DNA of 64,000 nucleotides from Hormiphora californensis (Eukaryota; Animalia; Ctenophora), in assembly GCA_020137815.1 (NCBI GenBank), contig CM035362.1:3720001-3784000 (forward strand), read 5' to 3'. This document shows positions 41,101-52,849 of the stretch, piece after piece; the stretch's first letter is position 1; each line of letters begins with the position of its first letter. Position numbers and translations under genes: made by a program. Below the pieces are notes generated by a model. It worked only from the letters and a program-made list of their open reading frames with translations, was not told where the DNA came from and made no database searches.

Positions 41101-44100
41101 CACATCTCGCTCAACAGCTTTCCAGTCTGAGAGAATTTAGTTCTTACTACTAGAGATCTAGCAACTGATTTACAACATCAAAATCAAACAAGACTATAAA
41201 GTACTGGTAGATCCGAGATCGAAGTGGCACAATGACTGCATGAGATGGAGTGAGAACTGATGACAATAGTACCAACCTTACCCTGATATGTGTGTGGCCT
41301 TATACCCACCTCTGCCCTTTATTTTGTTTGTAAATTTAAAATACACTTACAAACACACTGTGGTATTTCACTTGACCATGATCCACCTTCCTGACACGTC
41401 AGTGTTGCACTTCCCACAAGGTTGTAATTGGCAGCACAGTCGACAGTGGCAATTGTCGCTGGTGGTGAGGCATCCCAGCTTCCTTGTGTTGATCGCTCAA
41501 CCGTAAATGCAGGACAATCGACTGTTTCTGAATGGAGATTAAAGCGATGGAATTAAGGTTTCTAACAATGACCCAATAATATCTGTCAGAGTATTGGCCT
41601 GACAGAATAATATGCAGTACATGCTGGAATGCTGGGTACACGGTGTAAATTGAATTGATCATTCTTACCTGGAGCACCCTTATAGAATTCAGATGCTGTG
41701 TCATAGGAACTGCTGAAATAGATCTCCTCCACAACATCACCACCCCACTTTGAAACACAGAGGCTCTCTCCGCTATCTTCGAACAGGTAGTTTAGCACCT
41801 CCACATTGTTACATGTGATGATGAGGGCAGTCTCTGTCTTGGTAATTGTCCAGATCTTATCCACCTCCACCGGAGGTTGTACTGGCAGGTCTATGTCATA
41901 GCTGGTGATGCAGTATTTTATCCAATACTGCATTGTGGAGGAGAACTTCACACGCACATAACTGATAAAGCTGCTGTCCTTGTCGTACATCATCACATAG
42001 ATCCCATCACCAGTGCCCAGTGTAGAGTCAGTCTTTATCTGGAGAGGTGTTGTCTCCAGGTCCCAGGGTATCTTGACATCCCGCTCAACAGCTTTCCAGT
42101 CTGAGAGAATTTGAGTTTTACTTTGGTACCATCGCTCCTTGGTCCAACGTGCCCAACATCGCTCCGTGTGAGATCGATCTCAGTTGCGCGCGACGTCGAT
42201 CTCACAGTCACACAAATGTCCATGAATGTCCCCAAAACCTTATAAGAGATCTAGCAATTGATTTACAAATCAAAATCGATCTTTAATCGGGTCCAAACAA
42301 GACTAGTACTGATTCGAGATCGAAGTGGCGCAGCGACTGCATGAGATCGATTGAGTGCTGCGTACATACACGGTATAAATTGAATTTCAATATTACCTGG
42401 AGCACCGTTATAGATGTCAGATGCTGTGTCAGCAATGTTAAACTTGATCTCCTCCACAACATCACCACCCCACTTTGTAAAACAGTTGCTCGCCGAACTA
42501 TCTGCGAACAGGTAGTTCAGCACCTCAACATCATTACATGTGATGATGATGGTGGTCTCTGTTTTGGTAATTGTCCAGATCTTATCCACCTCCATCGGGG
42601 GTTGTACAGGTAGGTCTGTCCAGCTGATACATTCGTTTATCTTATACTTCATTGTGGATGAGAACTTCACAGCCATCCAACTGCTGCCTTCTATGCCGAT
42701 TATCCCCAAATTGATCTGCTCACCACTACCCAGTGTAGATTCCGTCTTTATCTGGAGAGGTGTTGTCTCCAGGTCCCATGGTATCTTGACACCCCGCTCA
42801 ACAGCTTTCCAGTCTGAGAGAATTTAATTCTTACTACTAGAGATCTAGCAATTGATTTACAATACCAAAATCGAACAACTGCATGAGCTGAGAATGATCG
42901 AGTGAGAATTGGTGGGAATGCAGTACCAACCTTACCCTGATATGTGTGCGTGCCTTAGTGCCCCACCTATACTCTTTATTTTTATTGTAAATTTAAAATA
43001 CACTTACCAACACACTGTGGTACATCATTTGACCATGATCCACCTTCCTGACACGTCAGTGTAGCAGTTCCCACAAGACTAAGGGTGGCAGCACACTCGA
43101 TGGTTACAGTTGTCGCTGGTGGTGAGGCAGCCCAGTTTCCTTCTGTAGATCCATCAACAGTAAAGGCAGGACAATCGACTGATTCTGAATGGACCCTCTG
43201 CGGACATACTCCCTCTAAGGGACGCGACCCAGAAGGGGCTTAATTCCATAAACGCCTGGTGTAAGACAGTAGGGCTCAAACTAAGTGCCCTGAAATCGCA
43301 TGTAGTCATATTCACCCATCGAAAAAATGTGAAAATTGGAAACCCGATCAAAATTCAGGGTAACCCTATCAAAGTGTCCGAATCCACGAAGTTTCTAGGG
43401 ATTACCCTTGACAGCAAACTGAACTGGAACGAGCACGTAAACAAACAAATAAAAAAAGCAAAAAATATCCTGATGCAGTGCCGTAAAGTGGTGGGACCCA
43501 CGTGGGGACTAAACCCTAAAACGGCCCTATGGATATACACTGCAATAGTGAGACCCACCTTATGCTACGGGGCAATGGTCTGGGCTAATGCAATGCGAAC
43601 CAAAACAAACAAAGAAAACATGATAAGGGTACAGAGGCTAGCACTCAAGATGGTAACTGGGGCCATGCCCTCGGCGCCATCAACAGCCCTAGACACAATC
43701 ACAAACACCGCCCCGATCACCGACCATCTGAGGTACTGTGCAGCCAAAACTGCATACACCCTAATGGCAACGGGAGAATGGGAAGGGCCAATAAAATCAG
43801 ACCTAAAGACCCCAAAAGTGTTCACTTCGCATGCCAACACGGTATCACGTGATCTCAGAACTCTGGAAGCAGAGGGCAGATGTCACGATCTCACAACCCC
43901 GGAACTCACCCTAGACAGGGAATTCTCGTTAGAGATCCCAGAAAGGGAGACGTTTTTGGAGGATGGAGACAAGTACACGATAGTTGCACACACTGATGGG
44001 TCAAAAATTAACAACAATGCCGGTGCAGGATACATTATCCACTCTGGCGAAACAGAGCTAGCTCGAAATTCGTATAACCTAGGCCCCGAAGGAACTGTCC

Positions 44101-45911
44101 CGGCGGCAGAAATGTATGCCATACAACAGACGGCTCAATATCTCCTGGATAGGGGAACAGCTAACGAGCGAATACTCATAAACTGTGACAGTCAAGGGAC
44201 AATAAAGACCCTAGACTCCACGACATGCAGATCAAAAACCACGATAAAGACTATCAAAAATCTGAACACCCTGGCCATATTCAACGATGTCATGATTAGA
44301 TGGATCCCGGCCCATCAAGGGTACGATGGAAACGAAATAGCAGACATCTTGGCAAAAAGGGGTGCTCAGGAAATCGAAGAAGTTACTCTCATACCAATTC
44401 CCAAAGCGGCAGCCTATGCAGCCCTCAGGGAGAAGGTTAAAACCGGACCCATCAAACAAACCAAACATATGGACATGATGTGGACCGAAAGATATGAGAG
44501 ACCTCTTCAAAAACTTAATAGAACAGACCTAAGGGCGGCGACACACCTACTCACAGGGCACTGCCACCTTAACTACCACATGAAAAAATTAAAAAAAGTC
44601 GAGACCACAACCTGTGCAGCATGTGGGATGGAAGACGAGACAATAAAGCATGTACTTACTGAATGCCCCGCCCTTTGGAAACTCCGACAGGAATCCTTTG
44701 ACAGGCTGGGCCTCAGCATGTACGAAATTAGACACCATCAACCCCTTAGAAAAACGATCTCGTTCTATAAGAAGGCGATGGAGATACTTCACCCCCCTGA
44801 AACCACCCCTTAAAGGGAGGTTTCCCCTGTGACTTGGTATGGCACCAGCTCCCCAAGTCTCCTTGGGCCGAAGCAGTTGGCAACATACCAGCCACACCAC
44901 CCAGGACGGGGAACGGGAGCCTCATGGCACCCACCCCTTACTGGCTAGTGCTTCGCACTAGCCAGCGTCCTCCCAGAAGAAGAAGAAGAAGATTCTGAAT
45001 GGATATAAGCGGTGGAATCAAGGTTTCTAACAATGGCCCACGTGACCCAACCCACATATAATGTGTAGTATAACAATTATACTGGGTACACGGTATAAAT
45101 TGAATTGTTCATTCTTACCTGGACCACCTCTATAGAAGTCAGATGCTTTGTCAGAACTGCTGAACTCGATCTGCTCCACAACATCACCACCCAACTGTGG
45201 AACACAGCGGCTATCTGAACTATCTGCGAACAGGTAGTTCAGCACCTCAATATTATTACATGTGATGATGATGCCGGTATCTGTTTTGGTAATTGTCCAG
45301 ATCTTATCCACCTCCTGCACCGGGGGTTGCACTGGCAGGTCTGTGTAGCTAGTGGTGCAGAAGCGTATCCAATACTGCACTGTGGAGGAGAACCATGACA
45401 CATCCACAGCACCGATATAACTGCTGTCCTTGTCGTACATGGACACACTGATATCCTCATAACTACCCAGTGTAGAGTCCGTCTTTATCTGGAGAGGTGT
45501 TCCCTCCAGGTCCCATGGTATCTTTACACCCCGCTCAACAACTGTCCAATCTGAGAGAATTCAATTATTAGTTGACAGTCGATGACAATGTAATTTAGTA
45601 CATACATACATTTACTTTGGTGACATAGACACCGTGCGCGACCCAGATTGAGCTCGATCTAGGTCGCTGTGCGACCTCGATCTCGCACGCACTAGGTGTC
45701 AATGTCACCAAACATTTACTTTACAGTTACATACTCATAGTAGGTAACTAGGTCGTTGAATGAGTCCTATTTGTAATTTGTGGATGATCACCTTGTATTG
45801 ATCTCGATGAAAATTAGAAAAATAAATTATAAAAAGTTTTGACGAACCTGTGGTATACGCTGGTTGCCACAAGACAGCTGCCGAGAGAAAAAATACCACA
45901 ATCAAACGCAT
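38156..45911 (-). CDS. Secreted modular protein: signal peptide + six ~140-aa repeated domains (WxxVERxVKIPWDLExTPLQIKTDS...DKIWTITKT...ITCNxVEVLNY...WGGDVVEEIKF) interleaved with six sushi/CCP domains; 3' end not resolved
   Basis: Signal exon 45848-45911 (MRLIVVFFLSAAVLWQPAYTT). Domain exons 45119-45550, 42397-42813, 41669-42100, 40707-41126, 39683-40105, 38722-39144. Sushi exons (C-P...C...G...LTC...G-W...P-C) 43008-43184, 41351-41527, 40396-40578, 39383-39559, 38425-38607, plus a more divergent sushi at 38156-38347. All are phase 1-1 with GT-AG ends. The repeated domain resembles an uncharacterised family expanded in ctenophores (from recall, not searched). Confidence 0.85.
43194..44990 (+). 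mobile_element. 5'-truncated non-LTR retrotransposon (LOA/R1-like, RT C-terminus + RNase H + CCHC), inserted antisense in an intron
   Basis: 13-bp TSD GATTCTGAATGGA (43181-43193 and 44991-45003), (GAA)n 3' tail. ORF open from 43194 to 44813 with KFLGITLDSKLNW, HTDGSK, AEMYAI, NCDSQ, RWIPAHQGYDGNEIAD and C-x2-C...H-x4-C motifs. Confidence 0.95.
45617..45711. mobile_element. Small MITE with TTGGTGACA...TGTCACCAA ends
   Basis: 9-bp direct repeat ACATTTACT on both sides. Decayed relatives in introns near 40125-40210 and 42120-42235. Confidence 0.6.
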
Positions 45912-47577
45912 TACATTCTTTTCTCCACTAAGTAAAAGAAAGATAACGTTTAGTACAACTTGGGGGCAATGAAAGATTTGCTCATGCTCTCAGTTTCCCA
46001 AGATTATTGAAATTAGTTGAGAAATGACCTCGAGTTATGACAAAAATGCGGGTTTTTGAACTGCTACAGACTACATTTATCAATTCATTATGGTGTGGGG
46101 AGTGAATAGAGGGATGAGAGGGGTCAGGGGAGTCAACAGGGGAGACAAGTGCGGAGTAAAGATTCAATAGGGGTGAGAGGAGTCAACATATCCCATGGGG
46201 TGAGAGGAATGAGGAACCCCCATTGAGAATTCAATAATGCGGGGCGACAGGAGCCAGTAGGGGGCGGGGAGTCAGCAGCAGAAAGTATAAACAATTTGAG
46301 TCTACAGGGGGGGGGGGGGGCGGTGGTATGATTCGATAGGGTTGAAGAGAGTCATAAGGCTATGCTTTTGCTGGGGGATCAGTGGTATTGGGGCGTAAGG
46401 GGGGGGGGGGTTGAAAGGGGTCATTATGGGGTGCGGAGAATATTTTGGTCTTTTGCCTGGGCTCTCTAGTCATCTATAAGTAAACTGTTCTGTTTGGTTT
46501 ATTAAATGGTGGAATTTGGGAATCTACAAAGCTAAAGCAAAGGAGAAAGAAAATGAAAGACTGTCTGCTATCTAGGAAAATAAGGGAGGGAGAGCAATGG
46601 AGCATTGATCAAGCTGCCCACTACACACAATCATTCCCTGTTATTTTTCCTCTCTCCCTCCCTCTACTAGGACAACTATCTTTCTATTTTCTCTCCACAC
46701 TGGACAATCTTTAACTGAGCTCTCTCCTTCCTTAACCCGAGGAGACAGAACCAGGGATAAAAATATATATTAGAGAAATAGAGAAATATAGACAGAGACA
46801 GAGAGAGCCAGAGAGAGACAGGGACAGAGACAGAGACAGAGACAGAGAGACAGAGAGACAAAGAGACAGAGAGACAGGGAGACAAAGAGACAGAGAGACA
46901 GAGAGATAGAGACAGAGACAGAGACAGAGACAGAGACAGAGACAGAGACAGAGACAGAGACAGAGACAGAGACAGAGACAGAGACAGAGACAGAGACAGA
47001 GACAGAGACAGAGACAGAGACAGAGATAGAGACAGAGAGACAGAGAGACAGAGAGACAGAGAGACAGAGACAGAGACAGAGACAGAGACAGAGACAGAGA
47101 CAGAGACAGAGACAGAGACAGAGACAGAGACAGAGACAGAGACAGAGACAGAGATAGGGAGACAGAGACAGAGAGAGACAGAGACAGAAACAGAGGAATC
47201 TACGAAGCTAAAACAAAGCTGAGAGAAAGAAAAGGAAAGACTGTCTGCTATCTAGGAAAATAAGGGAGGGAGAGCAATGGAGCATTGATCAAGCTGCCCG
47301 ATACACACAATCATTCCAAGTTATTTTTCCTCTCTCTCTCCCTCTCTGTAAGACAACTATCTTTCTATTCTCTCTCCATACAGAACAATCTTTAACTGAG
47401 ATCTCTCCTTCCCTTAACCCGGGGAGACAGAACCAGGGATAAAAATAGACCATAGAGCAATAGAGGAATGTAGACAGAGAGACAGAGACAGAGACTGAGA
47501 TAGAGACAGAGAGACAGAGAGACAGAGAGACAGAGAGATAGAGAGACAGAGAGACAGAGAGACAGAGAGATAGAGAA

Positions 47578-47826
<249 letters not shown>

Positions 47827-47830
47827 AAGA

Positions 47831-47990
<160 letters not shown>

Positions 47991-48319
47991 AAGAGACAGG
48001 GACAGGGACAAAGAGACAGGGACAAAGAGACAGGGACAAAGAGACAGAGAGACAAAGGAGAAAGAAAAGGAAAGACTGTCTGCTATCTAGGAAAATAAGG
48101 GAGAGCAATGGAGCATTGATCAAGCTGCCCGCTACACACAATCCTTCCCAGTTATTTTTCCTCTCTCTCTCTCCCTCAACTAGGACAACTATCTTTCTAT
48201 TCTCCACACAGAACAATCTTTAACTGAGCTCTCTCCATTGGATTTGGAAAGTGTCCAACTACAATAAACCCGGGGAGACCAGGGATAGAAAAAGATCATA
48301 GAGCACTGGATTCACTGCA

Positions 48320-50342
48320 GAAACTTTACCACTTTGACCCACCAAATCTCTAAGAAATTTTCGCACTTTGGCCCACCTAATCTCGTTGTTATGTTCTAAG
48401 GCTATAAGCATACTGATCGTGATGATCATAATCAGGTCAGTGTGCGGACGTTTTGATGGTCACCATCAAAGGAGCGCACACACTGATGGTTATCATCATG
48501 ATGGAGGCTTGATGCATCATGATGTTCTCAAACCATAGTGTGTTCACGTTTGATCATCATGAACCATAGTGTGCTCACGTTTGATCATCATAAACCATGC
48601 TCAACTTGCTGGAACTTGCCTTTTGATCATGATCATCATGACCAGTGTGCTCAGCATGATGATGCTATCTCCCGGGAGCTCCCCCTTGCCTAGTCGCGCG
48701 CTCTGAGAGGCTGTTGCATATCACGTGACCTGTACAACAGCCTCTCGCGCGCGCGAAGTCGTACCACGTGGTACATATCACATGACTACAGTGCAGCCCT
48801 CCACAAGAATAAGATCAAAACCTGCGCACACTAGGTGTTGATGATCATCATCCAACTTAAGAGACGGCTCCAGGGCCAGCTCTTACGTGATGATCATAAT
48901 GTTCCGCACACTGTAGTTTTTTGCAGATGATGATGATCAAAACCATGAGCACACTTCATCTTTTTAACTGATTATGATCATCACGATCAGTATGCTTATA
49001 GCCTCACCCTCCTTTACTTTGTGTGCGGGGCGCGTGAAACACAGTCTAGCTAGGCAACTAATCTCGACGAAACTTTCCCATTTTAACCCACCTAATCTCA
49101 AAGAAACTTTCACACTTTGACCCCCCTAATCTCTTAGAGATAAGGTGGGTTAAAATGGAAACTTACTTAGAGATAAGGTGGGTCAAAATGGGAAAGTTTC
49201 TTAGAAATAAGGTGGGTTAAAATGGAAAAGTTTCTTAGAGCTAAGGTGGGTCAAAATGGGAAAGTTTCTTAGAGATAAGGTGGGTTAAAATGGAAAAGTT
49301 TCTTAGAGATAAGGTGGGTCAAAATTGGAATGTTTCTTAGAGATAAGGTGGGTTAAAATGGAAAATTTTCTTAGAGATAAGGTGGGGTAAAATGGAAAAG
49401 TTTCTTAGAGATAAGGTGGTTTAAAATGGGAATGTTTCTTAGAGATAAGGTGGGTTAAAATAGAAGAGTTTCTTAGAGATAAGGTGGGTCAAAATGGAAA
49501 TTGGAAAAGTTTCTTAGAGATAAGGTGGGTTAAAATGGAAAAGTTTCTTAGAGATAAGGTGGGTTAAAATGGAAGAGTTTCTTAGAGATAAGGTGGGTCA
49601 AAATGGGAATGTTTCTTAGAGATAAGGTGGGTCAAAATCGGAATGTTTCTTAGAGATAAGGTGGGTCAAAATGGGAATGTTTCTTAGAGATAAGGTGGGT
49701 CAAAATGGGAATGTTTCTAAGAGATAAGGTGGGTCAAAATAGAAAAGTTTCTTAGAGATAAGGTGGATTAAAATGAAAAAGTTTCTTAGAGAAAAGGTGG
49801 GTTAAAATGGAAAAGTTTCTTAGAGATAAAATGGGTCAAAATGGAAAAGTTTCTTAGAGATAAGGTGGGTTAAAATGGAAAAGTTTCTTAGAGATAAGGT
49901 GGGTTGAAATGGAAGAGTTTCTTAGAGATAAGGTGGGTCAAAATGGGAATGTTTCTTAGAGATAAGGTGGGTCAAAATGGAAAAGTTTCTTAGAGATAAG
50001 GTGGGTTAAAATGGAAAAGTTTCTTAGAGATAAGGTGGGTTAAAATAGAAAAGTTTCTTAGAGATAAGGTGGGTCAAAATGGAAAAGTTTCGTAGAGATA
50101 AGGTGGGTTAAAATGAAAAAGTTTCTTAGAGATAAGGTGGGTTAAAATGGAAAAGTTTCTTAGAGATAAGGTGGGTTAAAATAGAAAAGTTTCTTAGAGA
50201 TAAGGTGGGTCAAAATGGAAAAGTTTCGTAGAGATAAGGTGGGTCAAAATGGGAATGTTTCTTAGAGATAAGGTGGGTCAAAATGGAAAAGTTTCTTACA
50301 GATAAGGTGGGTGAAAATTGAAAAGTTTCTTAGAGATAAGGT
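48320..50342. repeat. 34-bp satellite (~36 copies at 49134-50342) with a short inverted arm (48320-48385 and 49058-49133)
   Basis: Unit TTAGAGATAAGGTGGGTYAAAATGGAAAAGTTTC; reverse-complement units lie to the left of ~49133. Confidence 0.92.
48400..49003. mobile_element. PIF/Harbinger-like MITE
   Basis: ~36-bp perfect TIR GGCTATAAGCATACTGATCGTGATGATCATAATCAG, inserted at TAA (right flank TCA) inside a TTG...CAA micro-element. Confidence 0.75.
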
Positions 50343-52849
50343 GCCTATTTCATGTTTGAACATTGTTCAAACATGAAATGGGCACATTATAACGCCCCTA
50401 TCAAGTGCTTGGATTTGGGAATCTACAAAGCAGAGAGAAATGGAAAGACTGCAACTGTCTGCTATCTAGGAAGATAAGGGAGGGAGAGCAATGGAGCATT
50501 GATCAAGCTGCCCGCTACACGGGCTACACACAATCCTTCCCAGTTATTTTTCCTCTCTCTCTCCCTCTACTCTAGGACAACTATCTTTCTATTCTCTCTT
50601 TCTATTCTCTCTCCCCACATAACAATCTATAACTGATCTCTCTCCTTCGCTTAACCCGGGGAGACAGGACCAGGGATAAAAATAGATCATAGAGAAACAT
50701 AGACAGAGAGACAGAGAGAGACAGAGACAGCGACAGACAGCGACAGACAGGGACAGAGACATAAACAGAGACAGAAACATCCAATTTACACATTGATGCA
50801 TGGAGTATACTTCACACATGAAATGGGAGGAATACTTTTCAAGCAAGCCTGATTATACCGGCAATCCTCTTCCATTACAGTACACTGCACTGCCAGGCCA
50901 CACATTGTACACTGGACTGCCACCACTACATGTAGTACAGTGCAGTACTGCCAGGCCACAATAGGACCCTGGACCATGTTCAATGATCATATATATGATC
51001 ACCATTTGAGTCGCTTGACACTGTTTCCGTGTATGAACAATTCAAATCACCATGATGAAAGAATGGACAAAGAAATAGACAGATTTTGTATCTTCAAATA
51101 TCAGATTATCAGGTGTCAATCATAATAATAGAGTTACAAACTGTAAATCATGCCATCAAACCTGGAAAATATGTCATCAGGCCTGATGGTCCTTGCCCCC
51201 CGATTCTGCGAACTGCACGTGCACGCCGAGAGTTGCGTCGCGGCAATTGTTAGCATTTGGGTTTCAGATTGTAACAGGGAAAATCGGTCTCCCGTTGTAA
51301 CATATAGTGTATACACTCTCTCTCTCTCTCTCTTCGTTAATTATCGGTATCCCATTAAATTGTTAACTTTATGTATATTCAGGTCTAGAAAATCTGTCTG
51401 CACCGTTTGTCTCTCACTCTTTTAATTTTTAATTAGCCTAGCGGTGACATGACAAATCCTGACAATAGCCGAATTTTTTATTCGGGTTAGGGGGGTCTTT
51501 TTGTCTTTATTTCATTGAAATTTTCAAACGTGCATATCTCCGGTTCCTGATCAGATAGGGACCTCTTCCCGGTTGTATCGAAAAGGCCATTGCACCCGGG
51601 GAAAAGTCTCTATCTCATCACGAACCTGAGATGTATGCACATTTGAAATAAATTCAAAAAGATCCCCCTGTTAACTAAACAATTCGACTATAACTTCCAT
51701 TTACACAATATCTCAGCATTTTCAAACTCTTTGAGTTTGTAAAACAAAAACATAGTTCATGCAAAAATCAGTGCAAACTCGGTCTGCCCTAGCAGTAATA
51801 TATGATGTTAACAATACATATAATGTTCCCTATCTATCAGTATAAACAGTCTGTCTGGTGACACCGACCCAATCTGATTGCCCGTTTCGAGAATTAAAAC
51901 AGGGTCTGCAGCACCACCAGATATAATAAGTATTTTCTCCGCCACGTGCACATCACTAAAAATCTGGTCAGAATATCGTCCAGCGAGACCACATGTGCCG
52001 TATAATTAGTAGCTAATGGGCTAATTAGTAGCTAATTGATACCTAGCTAATTAGTATACGACAGCTATATCAAGTGCTTCAGTGGACACATAATTATAAC
52101 TCTATCACCTTCTCTATCACATAAATCATCAATTTTTCATCGCTCATCATATCATCAATTTTTCATCGCTCTTCACCTTGTATCACTCCCACTGCAGTGG
52201 TCCTTGTTATGTTCTAACCCTTCTCACGAAAAGAGGGTCGAGCTAGGCAACAGGAACCGACCGAATCAGAAAATACTGATCCCTGATTGGCTGATAACCA
52301 GTCACGTGACCTAGATAACGAGTTCTGATTGGTTGTTGACTTATGTCGGTCGGTTCCTGTTTCCAACCCTCCTCGCGAAAAGAGGGTCAAGCTAGGCAAG
52401 GTGTTTCGCAGTGTCTCCTCCTAAAGCTGTTTAGTAAGAGGTGAAGACCCCTTACTCAACATTTCTAAAGTGTATTTAAAGTACTAAATTCATCACTGTA
52501 TACATCTCAGCACTATATATGTATATTATAATATCATTAAGTTAAGGCCCTTTTACAAAAAAGGAATTTTATCAGTTCTTTTCTTGTACCAATTGTTTCT
52601 TGGTTTCTGTCTAGTGTTCCACACACAGTGTTCCACAAAGTGTTCCTCACAGGGTTCCTCACAGTGGCATGGCAGAAACACACTGTCTACTGGACGCATT
52701 GTGTGTATCTGGTAACCGTGGTAACCGTGGTAACCATGGTAACCGTGCAGACACTAGACAACTTGCTTCTTCTTCATCTTGTTGTAAGCTCAACTTGCTG
52801 GGTCATGTCCCTAATAACGTTGTTTCCTAGTATTCACATGAGATTCCGT

